In this document: piece after piece, positions 15,691 to 24,212 of the stretch | How positions within the stretch are numbered: the first letter of the stretch is position 1 | Layout: each line of letters begins with the position of its first letter | Assembly (NCBI GenBank): GCA_016932115.1 | Contig: JAFGDM010000081.1 | Span: 1-47,797, forward strand | Direction of reading: 5' to 3' | DNA from: Deltaproteobacteria bacterium | GTDB taxonomy: Bacteria; Desulfobacterota; DSM-4660; Desulfatiglandales; HGW-15 | DNA length: 47,797 nucleotides | Made by a program: the position numbers and the translations under genes | The notes under the pieces: generated by a model | What the model was told of the DNA's origin: nothing | The model's input: the letters and a program-made list of their open reading frames with translations, nothing else | Database searches by the model: none

Positions 15691-17170
15691 CCTCCTCTCC
15701 TTTGCGGATGGGGAGATGAATCCCAAAGGTCGTCCCTTTCCCCGGTTTGCTCTTAACGTCGATGGTCCCGCCATGCTGCTGGATGATGCCGTGGGTTATG
15801 GCGAGGCCGAGGCCGGTGCCGCTCTGCTTGGTCGTAAAGAAGGGCTCAAAAACCCTGTCCGAGGCGTTTTCAGGGATGCCTCGGCCCGTGTCGCTCACGG
15901 TGATCTCAATTTCTCCCCGTTCGGGGATCATTCGGCTGGTGAAGATGATCGTTCCGCCGGAGTCCGTTGCCTCGATCCCGTTGAGCACAAGGTTGATGAG
16001 ACACTGCTGAATTTGATCCTTGTCGACATGAATCAGGGGGAGATCTTCGGAGAGGAGCGACTCAAAGTTTACATCCTTAAAGGCAGCTTGCTTTCTGGTG
16101 AGAGCCATGGACTCCCGGATGATTCCGCTGATGTCGTGAAGGGCTTTTACCGGTTTGCTTTGGCGGGCAAAATCAAGGAGACTCGTCACGATTTTCCTGC
16201 ACCTCAGCGTCTCCTTGGAAATCGTCTCCAGTTCCTGGTAATTGGGATCATCCTCATCCATATCTTCCTGAAGAAGCATGGCGGTGGTCAGAATGGTGGT
16301 CAGGGGATTATTGATCTCGTGGGCTACGCCGGCAGCCAGTTGCCCCACCGATGCCAGTTTCTGCTGTTCTACCAGTTTTTTTTGAAGGAGAATATCTTTG
16401 GTGATGTCCTTAGAGATCTCCACGGCCCCCTCTGCCTCGTTGTTGGTGAAAATAGGATAACAAGAGATGGAATAATAGCACGGGTTGTCCTGCCGGTCAC
16501 GGTGGATGTGGGTTGTCTGCGAAGCCTTACCGGTGCTGAGGCAGTCCGTGAGTGGGCAGGGATGCTCTTTTCCGTCGCAGGGTTTATCCCGGCCGTGAGA
16601 AAGTTCGTAGCAGTGCATTCCCAGTACGGAATCCCTGGTGAGACCAATCTTCTTGAGCATGGTGTCGTTGATGTCAAGGATGCGGTAGTCGCGCCCTATG
16701 AGCATGACGTCTTCATGAAAGAAGGCGTTGATGGCGGCTTCGTATAAGGTCTTTGTCCGCGCAAGGCTCTCTTGGGTTTTCTCCAAAAGGTCGTCTGAAA
16801 GAAGGAACTCCCAGAGAAGCCGTGCTCCCTGCCAAGAAATCAGATGAACGGCCTTTCTTTTCTCTTGGGTGATCCTTTGGGAAATATTCTCGTCCCCAGT
16901 AAGATCGACGATCAGATCAACGTCCTTTAGATGGAGAATTTCCTTCAGGTCTTTCGTCACAAAAATGCCTAGTTCTTGAGCCTTCATCAAGGCGGATGAC
17001 TCATCGCCGCTATCGAAAACAGCCACTACAGCCGCGTGGATTTCCTGAAAAGCATGCTTTTGGAAACGAGCCAAAAGCAGGTCGAACCTTTCCCCTCCGC
17101 CTATGACGGCGATATTCAGGGTGTCCTTTGATATTCTTCCCATGAATGACGTATAGGGCATCACAGACAA
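15680..17170 (-). CDS. Cytoplasmic PAS sensor histidine kinase
   Basis: 496 aa. H-box HEINNPL and an HATPase G-boxes region (DTGRGIP, GTGLGL). The PAS region contains CYELSHGRDKPCDGKEHPCPLTDC. No obvious TM helices. Confidence 0.8.
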   Translation of the reverse strand: MSVMPYTSFMGRISKDTLNIAVIGGGERFDLLLARFQKHAFQEIHAAVVAVFDSGDESSALMKAQELGIFVTKDLKEILHLKDVDLIVDLTGDENISQRITQEKRKAVHLISWQGARLLWEFLLSDDLLEKTQESLARTKTLYEAAINAFFHEDVMLIGRDYRILDINDTMLKKIGLTRDSVLGMHCYELSHGRDKPCDGKEHPCPLTDCLSTGKASQTTHIHRDRQDNPCYYSISCYPIFTNNEAEGAVEISKDITKDILLQKKLVEQQKLASVGQLAAGVAHEINNPLTTILTTAMLLQEDMDEDDPNYQELETISKETLRCRKIVTSLLDFARQSKPVKALHDISGIIRESMALTRKQAAFKDVNFESLLSEDLPLIHVDKDQIQQCLINLVLNGIEATDSGGTIIFTSRMIPERGEIEITVSDTGRGIPENASDRVFEPFFTTKQSGTGLGLAITHGIIQQHGGTIDVKSKPGKGTTFGIHLPIRKGEEDAG

Positions 17171-17270
17171 GAAATCAAGGGGGAGGTGAGGATCAAAACG
17201 GGAGTCAGAGAGGCCATGAAAAGTGTTCGGCGTTTAGTAGCGGGGAAACTTGTTTAACCCTGCTCACCCG

Positions 17271-18509
17271 TTACTGATTTCGGTCGGGGTAGCGCTTGCC
17301 GATGGCCTTCAGATCGTCAAAGCAAGAAAAAAAAGCCTGGATGACCTCGGGATCAAAGCTTTTCCCGGACAGAGCGTGCATCTCTTGAAAAATCCGCATT
17401 TCATCCCAGGCCTCTTTATAAGAACGGCGGGAGCTTAAGGCGTCATAGACATCAGCCACAGCTACAATCCTTCCGAAAAGGGGGATTTCCTCGCCTCTCT
17501 TGCCTTTGGCGTGACCGGGCAGGACTTCGCAGCCGGGCAGCGGCTTTCCGGTGGAAATGTCCACGTGGCCGGGGTAGCCGGTGCCGTCCCACTTCTCGTG
17601 ATGGTTGAGGGCAACATCGATGGCTACTTCCTCGAAATCCGTTTGAATATCCCTGAAAAGCCTGGCTCCTAAAAGAGTGTGACTTTTCATGGCTTCGAAT
17701 TCCAGGTCTGTGAGGCGATCCTGCTTTCTGAGGATTAGATCGCTGATCGCCACCTTACCCACATCGTGAAGCATGGCGGCCATTCTCAGGAAATCCTTGT
17801 TCCTTTCGATGTCCATACCGGCGAAACCTCTTCCTTTGGCCCATTCCTCGTAGATCTCAACAGAGTAAGCGCCCACTCTGTTCACATGGGCTCCTGTCTC
17901 CATAGGATCCCTTAACTCAGCCATGCTGATCATTCTAAGGATCATGTTGCGGGTCAACTGGGCACGCTCGACAGCGAGGGCTGCGGTGGTTGCAAAATGG
18001 GCGATCAGAGGCTCATCGGCGGAAGAGAAAGGGATGATCTTTCCCTGCTCGTCTTTGGCGTTGATCAACTGCATCACCCCTAAGAGGTTCCGTCGCTGGT
18101 TGGTCATGGGTACCGTGAGCATTGATTCTGTTTTGTAACGGGCAAGCTTGTCAAACTGGGAATCAAAGGCGTAAGGTAGAGTGTTGTTCAGATGATAGAC
18201 ATCCGTAATGTTGACAGGGAGGATGTTTTTAGCGACAAACCCGGCGATGGACTGATTGTTCACGGGAATCGAATAGGTATTGAAGAAGAGTTTCTTGCCG
18301 CGCCGCAGTTCTTTCTGAAGGGTCTCGTTTTGAGTGTTGCCGAATCTAAGCTGATCGCCTTCTTTCAAATAGATTGACCCGGCGTCCGCGTTGAAAAACC
18401 GTCGTGCATTGGAGAGGATCCTATCTAGGAGGAGGTCGATGTCTTTGACCTCATTGAGGTCAATGCTGATCCGGGTTATGAGATCTATTTTTTCTTTTTC
18501 GCTCAGCAT
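17271..18509 (-). CDS. GAF domain plus HD-GYP domain protein (probable c-di-GMP phosphodiesterase)
   Basis: 412 aa with HDVGKVAI and HHEKWDGTGYPG motifs, and an N-terminal GAF-like region. Confidence 0.85.
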   Translation of the reverse strand: MLSEKEKIDLITRISIDLNEVKDIDLLLDRILSNARRFFNADAGSIYLKEGDQLRFGNTQNETLQKELRRGKKLFFNTYSIPVNNQSIAGFVAKNILPVNITDVYHLNNTLPYAFDSQFDKLARYKTESMLTVPMTNQRRNLLGVMQLINAKDEQGKIIPFSSADEPLIAHFATTAALAVERAQLTRNMILRMISMAELRDPMETGAHVNRVGAYSVEIYEEWAKGRGFAGMDIERNKDFLRMAAMLHDVGKVAISDLILRKQDRLTDLEFEAMKSHTLLGARLFRDIQTDFEEVAIDVALNHHEKWDGTGYPGHVDISTGKPLPGCEVLPGHAKGKRGEEIPLFGRIVAVADVYDALSSRRSYKEAWDEMRIFQEMHALSGKSFDPEVIQAFFSCFDDLKAIGKRYPDRNQ

Positions 18510-18554
18510 GATCCTATTCGTCTCTTCGAAGTGAAGACCCCGGTCAGGCGGTTC

Positions 18555-19463
18555 TCAGGAGATCTTGTCAATGAGTGAACGAATCTCTTTTTCCATCTTA
18601 AGTCCGGAGATCCACTCCGCCGGAAGGTCTTGGGTTCCCAGATAAGCTCCGAGCACCATGCCCACCATCATTCCTCTACCTGAACTGTCCCCTCCTGCCA
18701 TGACGGACTGGATCAATGCTTCCTTAAGGTTCCTCTCGTACCTGGTGATTAAGTGTACGACTGAGGAGAAAGCTTCATTGATGTGGCAGCTTTGGCCGAA
18801 CCTGCCGATTACGATGACACTCTCTTCGTCTCTGGATTCCAGCCCTTTTTCGACCCAGTCGAATAAGGGCGAATTCTTGTACTCATCAGCCGCCAGATTG
18901 CGAATCGCAGCAACAGGCGCTTCGCCCCGGAGGATTCTCCAGCACACCGCGGCAAAGAACTCTGCACCTTCCACCACGATGGGGTGGTTGTGGGTCATTC
19001 TTGTTTGATCCCTTGCAGATTGGAGGAGGATCTCGGGATCACGGGCGTAACGACAAACCAAGGGTGAGATTCGTGAGGCACCGGCCAAATCGGAAGAGGC
19101 AGAGCCTGCCTCAATGGGTTTTTTGCCTTGAGCCAGATTTTGGAGGGTTACCTTGGTTGCCTGATCCACATATCCCTTGTAGCCGCTGAAGAGGGCTTGC
19201 CATCGGTTCGAAAAATCCTTCATGTCGAATTCGCCGCAGTGCGCCACGGATTCGAGCAGAACGAGGGTTTGATCTCCGTAATGGGTGAATTCACCTTTGT
19301 CCTTTGCGGCATGAAAGGAGTCGGGCATTGGTTTTAGAAGTCGGTCGACCCTGCCGAATTCCTTGCTGATCTTCCCGGTGTCATAAATCCAGTGAGCGCC
19401 CAGAGCGAGAGAGTCCGCCACCATGGAAGCAAGCACAGAGGCCTTTTTCTTATCGTTCATCAT
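18555..19463 (-). CDS. ADP-ribosylglycohydrolase family protein
   Basis: Motifs SLALGAHWIYD ... GGDSSGRG. The track N-terminus runs antisense into cvpA, so an internal start at MMNDKKK (19463) after GGGGTGG is preferred. ATG 19484 is also possible. Confidence 0.7.
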   Translation of the reverse strand: MMNDKKKASVLASMVADSLALGAHWIYDTGKISKEFGRVDRLLKPMPDSFHAAKDKGEFTHYGDQTLVLLESVAHCGEFDMKDFSNRWQALFSGYKGYVDQATKVTLQNLAQGKKPIEAGSASSDLAGASRISPLVCRYARDPEILLQSARDQTRMTHNHPIVVEGAEFFAAVCWRILRGEAPVAAIRNLAADEYKNSPLFDWVEKGLESRDEESVIVIGRFGQSCHINEAFSSVVHLITRYERNLKEALIQSVMAGGDSSGRGMMVGMVLGAYLGTQDLPAEWISGLKMEKEIRSLIDKIS

Positions 19464-19561
19464 TACCACCCCAACCTCATTCATGCCACATATGCTGCCA
19501 AGCGTCAACGCTCTTTTATATGCCTTGACGGGGGCTTCGGGGCTCTGATAAACATGAACAC

Positions 19562-20143
19562 ATGAATATCCTGGACATCTCAATCCTCTGCACCATGGTT
19601 TTCTTCTTGCTGCGGGGTATTTTCCGGGGATTCTTGCGGGAGATCGCATCGCTGGCGGGGATTGTTCTGGGTATCTTGCTGGGAAGCCTTTTTCAGCCTC
19701 AGATCACGGATCTTCTCAAGGCCTACGTGCCCGATTTTTATTACCTTCCCCTGGTGAGCTTTGTTTTTATATTCACTGCGGTCCTTATTGTCTCAAACCT
19801 TCTGGGATATGCACTGAGCCGCCTGTTCAAAAAAATATTTCTAGGCTGGGTGGATAGATTGCTCGGCGTGGGGCTGGCTTTGACCAAGGGGATCATCCTC
19901 ACTTACCTGATCATTGTTCTTCTCACCTTTTTCCTTCCGGCAAAAGCGCCTCTTGTGGCTAATTCCAAGCTGGCCCCGTGGATCATTGTTTCCTACCAAT
20001 CAATGATCCGCATGATCTCCCCTGAACGCTACGAAACATGGAAAAAAAGGCTCCTTGGGGAAGACCAAAAAAAAGAGACCTCCGTGCCTGGAACTGTGAG
20101 CGAGGGAAATGGACAAAAACGAACTGGCCAAATCCTTCCTTGA
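19562..20143 (+). CDS. cvpA: CvpA-family membrane protein
   Basis: 193 aa. The MNILDISILCTMVFFLLRGIFRGFLREI start and four hydrophobic helices are typical of the family. Confidence 0.7.
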   Translation: MNILDISILCTMVFFLLRGIFRGFLREIASLAGIVLGILLGSLFQPQITDLLKAYVPDFYYLPLVSFVFIFTAVLIVSNLLGYALSRLFKKIFLGWVDRLLGVGLALTKGIILTYLIIVLLTFFLPAKAPLVANSKLAPWIIVSYQSMIRMISPERYETWKKRLLGEDQKKETSVPGTVSEGNGQKRTGQILP

Positions 20144-20813
20144 GCTGTGCGACCTTGTCTCCAGGCTCAGAGGTCCCGGTGGGTGTCCATGGGATGCCAA
20201 GCAGACCGAGGAGACGATCAAAACTTATCTTCTTGAGGAAGCCTATGAGGTTGTAGATGCCGTCGATCAAGGGGATCAGGAGGATCTGTGTCATGAATTG
20301 GGAGACTTGCTTTTCCAGATCATCTTTATTTCGGCCCTTGCAGAGGAAAAGGGAAATTTCGCGCTTGTAAAGGTTATCAAAGAGATCACCCGGAAGATGG
20401 TCAACCGCCATCCTCATGTTTTTGGTTCTGTGAAGGCGGCCAGCGCGGAGGAAGTCGCCGAAAACTGGGTAAAGATTAAGAAGCAGGAAAGGGGGTTGGC
20501 GGAAGCTTCCTCAGAGCTTATGGAGAGTGTCCCTTCGAATTTGCCCGCTCTTTTGAGAGCGCACCGTCTTATGGAGAGAGCAGGGCAGTTCACAGCCGGT
20601 GGTCGAGATATGTGGAGCAAAGCGCAGGATGCTTTTCATAAGCTGTCCCGGGTTGCTGCTGAAAAAGAAGGAAAAGCTGTGAAACAGGAAATCGGGGATT
20701 TGCTTTTCACCCTCGTGGGTCTTGCCGGACAAAAGGGCCTAAATGCAGAGCACGTTCTGCGAGAGAAAAATGAGAGGTTCCTCAACCGGTTCAGAAAAAA
20801 GCCCTCCCTTTAA
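20109..20813 (+). CDS. mazG: MazG nucleoside triphosphate pyrophosphohydrolase
   Basis: CPWDAKQT...LLEEAYEVVDAV and ELGDLLF repeats. Confidence 0.8.
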   Translation: MDKNELAKSFLELCDLVSRLRGPGGCPWDAKQTEETIKTYLLEEAYEVVDAVDQGDQEDLCHELGDLLFQIIFISALAEEKGNFALVKVIKEITRKMVNRHPHVFGSVKAASAEEVAENWVKIKKQERGLAEASSELMESVPSNLPALLRAHRLMERAGQFTAGGRDMWSKAQDAFHKLSRVAAEKEGKAVKQEIGDLLFTLVGLAGQKGLNAEHVLREKNERFLNRFRKKPSL

Positions 20814-21037
20814 GAGACCCTTGGGGAAGATGACGGCTTCTCTGGATTCGCAAGAGGAGGCCCTTACTGCAGCGGTCGTGCTTTTCACCTTATCACGGGT
20901 CTCCTTTGCATCACTCAGAGTAAATGAGAGAGAGACAGAAGCGCATACTCAAGAAAACGACCCCGATGAGGGTGCCGTAAGGAATTGAGAACCGGAGCGA
21001 TGGAGTTTTGATAAGAATCTCACATCTATGCACGCGA

Positions 21038-23233
21038 ATGAAGGGGATAAGCCTCAAGTGGAAGCTCCTCATCCCCTTCTTATTTTTCGCATTTGCCGGC
21101 ACTTCCATTTTGACGACGATCAACCTGGTTTCTCAGCACAAGCTTATTAGGGACGAAGAGAGAAAAGGGCTCAGGCTTTATTACGAGCGATTCCTGGAAG
21201 AGTTTAAGGAGAAAAGCAACCAGGCCATGTCGTTGGCGGTCGTGATTGCGGAGAATCGCCAGGTTCAGCTTTATTTGGCTGAAAAAGACAGAGCTGCTCT
21301 TATCAAGCTGCTCATGCCTATCTATGTCGAACTGAAAATGGATTTTGACATTGCGCAACTTCATTTACATCTGCCGGACGCGGTCTCTTTCCTTAGACTT
21401 CACGGCCTGGAGCTGTTCGGCGATGACCTGTCGGACTATAGAAAAACGATCATGGACGCTCTTCGGACAAGAAGAACCACCGGAGGGCTTGAAAAGGGGC
21501 TCACCGGCTTTGGAATCCGAGGTGTGGCGCCCGTATTCCTCTATGAAAAAATTGTCGGGACTGTTGAAATCGGGCATAGTTTCGACAGGTTTTTCCTCGA
21601 ACGTATCCACGAAAAGTGGGGGGTGGATCTCGCGCTTTACGAAGTTGATGCTCATCAACCCTTCAAAGTGATTGCAAGGGTGGGGAAAGAGCTTGACGGT
21701 TTCAACGCGCAACCTCATCTTTGCGAAGCCGTGGATCGGGGGCTTGCCATTCTCGTCGCTCCAAGAGGATATAAAACGAGATCCATCCTTTTCGGAGCTC
21801 TCAAGAACTATTCAGGGCAAACGGTCGCCGTCCTGGAAATCAACATCGATCGATCGGCCATCCGAGAACGCCTGTCCGAGACCGGAAATCTCATGATGGT
21901 GATTGGGGCGATAGGTATTGCGGTCTCCTTTCTTCTCACCTATCTGGTAGCTGTTTTTTTTATAAGACCGATCAAAGAAATCGTCATGGAAGCCCAAGAT
22001 ATTGCTCAGGAGAAGAGGGATAGCCGTCTCAATCCGGGACCGGGCGACGAAATCGGGACTCTTACCGAGGCTCTCAATCTCATGCTCGAGTCCCTGAAGG
22101 AAAAACGGGTGGCCATTGAGAACTATGCAAAAACTTTAGAGAAGAGAGTCGAGGAAAGGACGGCCGATCTGGTCGCCTCAGAGGAGAAGTACCGCACCCT
22201 GGTTGAGCATGTGCCCCTTATCGTATACCGGGTCCTGGAGGACGGAACCACGGAATTCGTCAATTCGTATTTAACGGAATGTCTTGGATACACCATAGAA
22301 GAAGCCGTTAGAGACAGAACGTTCTGGCAAGAGAAAATCTGCGGATTCCCTGCAAAAGAGAATCTCAAGGACTGCCTTGTGCCTTTCAAGACCGGCGAAG
22401 AAAGCCGGAGCGAGAGGATCGTTAAGGACAAGGAAGGTCGGTGGGTCACTTTTATCGATCATGCCATTCCCTCCAAGGACGGAGAAGGACGGATCGAATG
22501 GGTGGACGGCATTATGCTGGATATCACCGAGCTAAAAATTCTCCAAGAACAGGCTCTAAGGGGGGAGGAGATCAGAATCCTGGGTGAAATCTCGGCGCAC
22601 ATGGCCCATGAGATCAGGAACCCTCTCATTTCAGCAGGCGGGTTTGCCCGAAGACTTCGTGACAGCCTGGAGGAAAATGATCAGAATAGAAAGATTGCCG
22701 ACATCATCGTGAATGAAGTGACGAGGCTTGAAAATTTCTTGCGCACTCTTCTGTCTTCCATCCAGCCGTTTGACCTGGCCTTGGGAGAGGTTTCCGTTAA
22801 TGATCTGCTCGAGTCCTGTGTCTCGGATCTGAAGACGTTTCTAGACGGGAAAGGCTGTCGGGTAAAGAGCAACTATGAATCTGATATTCAAAAAATTCAG
22901 GGGGATAAGGAGAGGTTGTATCAGGCTTTTAAAAACCTGCTCAAACATGCGCTTGTCTCAGTAAGGGAAGGAGAAACCATTTTTCTTTCCACGGGCAGCT
23001 TAGCTGATCGGGTGGTTGTCTCCATAAGCCATAGAATCCATCGCCTCTCTCAGGACGATCTTGACAAGTTCTTTTTCCCTCACATCGAGGAGGAGATGGG
23101 TTGGGAGATCCTCGATCTGCCCCTTTCCAGGATTATCATACACCGCCATGGCGGAAAGGTGGATCTCATCCAGAAGGATAATGAGGAGCTGACTCTGAGA
23201 ATTGAATTACCTGTTGGATCGAGTGCCTCGTAA
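21038..23233 (+). CDS. Membrane sensor histidine kinase (Cache-like periplasmic domain, HAMP, PAS, HisKA, HATPase)
   Basis: Two TM segments flank a domain of about 270 aa. H-box HMAHEIRNPL. The likely start is ATG 21038 (MKGISLKWK). Confidence 0.8.
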   Translation: MKGISLKWKLLIPFLFFAFAGTSILTTINLVSQHKLIRDEERKGLRLYYERFLEEFKEKSNQAMSLAVVIAENRQVQLYLAEKDRAALIKLLMPIYVELKMDFDIAQLHLHLPDAVSFLRLHGLELFGDDLSDYRKTIMDALRTRRTTGGLEKGLTGFGIRGVAPVFLYEKIVGTVEIGHSFDRFFLERIHEKWGVDLALYEVDAHQPFKVIARVGKELDGFNAQPHLCEAVDRGLAILVAPRGYKTRSILFGALKNYSGQTVAVLEINIDRSAIRERLSETGNLMMVIGAIGIAVSFLLTYLVAVFFIRPIKEIVMEAQDIAQEKRDSRLNPGPGDEIGTLTEALNLMLESLKEKRVAIENYAKTLEKRVEERTADLVASEEKYRTLVEHVPLIVYRVLEDGTTEFVNSYLTECLGYTIEEAVRDRTFWQEKICGFPAKENLKDCLVPFKTGEESRSERIVKDKEGRWVTFIDHAIPSKDGEGRIEWVDGIMLDITELKILQEQALRGEEIRILGEISAHMAHEIRNPLISAGGFARRLRDSLEENDQNRKIADIIVNEVTRLENFLRTLLSSIQPFDLALGEVSVNDLLESCVSDLKTFLDGKGCRVKSNYESDIQKIQGDKERLYQAFKNLLKHALVSVREGETIFLSTGSLADRVVVSISHRIHRLSQDDLDKFFFPHIEEEMGWEILDLPLSRIIIHRHGGKVDLIQKDNEELTLRIELPVGSSAS

Positions 23234-23246
23234 TTTTTAGGTTATC

Positions 23247-23334
23247 GATGTGGCTTCTTCGTTTTGCGGTTTTAAGAGAGATCCTCATGCTCGGGGCCGC
23301 CGGCTTCAGCATTTCAAACAGCTTAATTGTTACG
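23247..23334 (+). repeat. Copy B of the 88-nt intergenic repeat (partner at 39-126)
   Basis: Starts 14 nt after the kinase stop. About 79/88 identical to copy A. Hairpin ATGCT-C-GGGGCC-GCC-GGCTTC-AGCAT at 23288-23313. Confidence 0.7.
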
Positions 23335-23365
23335 CAAAAATTAAATTCATTTTGACAAAATCGAT

Positions 23366-24100
23366 GTGTCACGACATCTTTTAATAATGTTCCGTTTTAT
23401 TTTTCTCAATCTTTTTATTGCACTCCACACCTTGATGTTCGGAATCTACGGCATTCTTCTCGCACTTTTTGGGGGCAGCGCCGGATTCGTTCATTTCTTT
23501 TGCGCCGTGCCTTGGGCAAAAACGGTTCTCAAGGTGTGCGGGGTAAAGGTTGAAATCAAGGGATATCAACCTGCCCTGGGCAAGCTCCCCCGCATTTACA
23601 TGGCTAACCATTGCAGTTATTTTGATATTTTTGCCCTTCTTTCAGCCCTTCCTGTGGATTTCAAATTTATCGTCAAACAGGAGTTGATGGAGATTCCGGT
23701 TTTCGGGCATGCCATGAAGAGAGCGGGATACATCGGGATTGAGAGGCAAGATCCCCGAAAGGCGATGAAAAGCATGCAAAAAGCCGCGGAAAGGATCAGA
23801 AAAGGAGCTTCTGTGCTCATTTTCCCGGAAGGGACCCGCAGCGATGAGGGAAAGCTGCAGCCTTTTAAGCCGGGGGGGTTTCATCTTGCCTTAAAGTCGG
23901 GGTGTGACATTGTCCCCATCACGATAACGGGCAGTCATCGGATTGCGCCCAAAGGAAGCTGGAGCATCAGGAGGGGAGCTATTCACATAAATGTGGGTGA
24001 AGCGATCCCCCTCAAGGGCCGATCGAGGAAAAATATGAGAGAGGTCATGGATGAGGTGAAAAAAGCAATGTCGGTCTCAGACAGAATCCTTCCTTGCTGA
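23366..24100 (+). CDS. plsC: 1-acyl-sn-glycerol-3-phosphate acyltransferase
   Basis: NHCSYFD (HxxxxD) and FPEGTRS motifs. The start may instead be ATG 23387. Confidence 0.8.
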   Translation: MSRHLLIMFRFIFLNLFIALHTLMFGIYGILLALFGGSAGFVHFFCAVPWAKTVLKVCGVKVEIKGYQPALGKLPRIYMANHCSYFDIFALLSALPVDFKFIVKQELMEIPVFGHAMKRAGYIGIERQDPRKAMKSMQKAAERIRKGASVLIFPEGTRSDEGKLQPFKPGGFHLALKSGCDIVPITITGSHRIAPKGSWSIRRGAIHINVGEAIPLKGRSRKNMREVMDEVKKAMSVSDRILPC

Positions 24101-24212
24101 AAGCCGTCACACAGGTGAAAAAGTCCATGCAATCATCAGGGCCTTTGAACAGAAATAAAACCCTCTTGATTCGCTTCCACCAAAAGGTGCTTCATTGAAC
24201 GCTAAAGACAAA

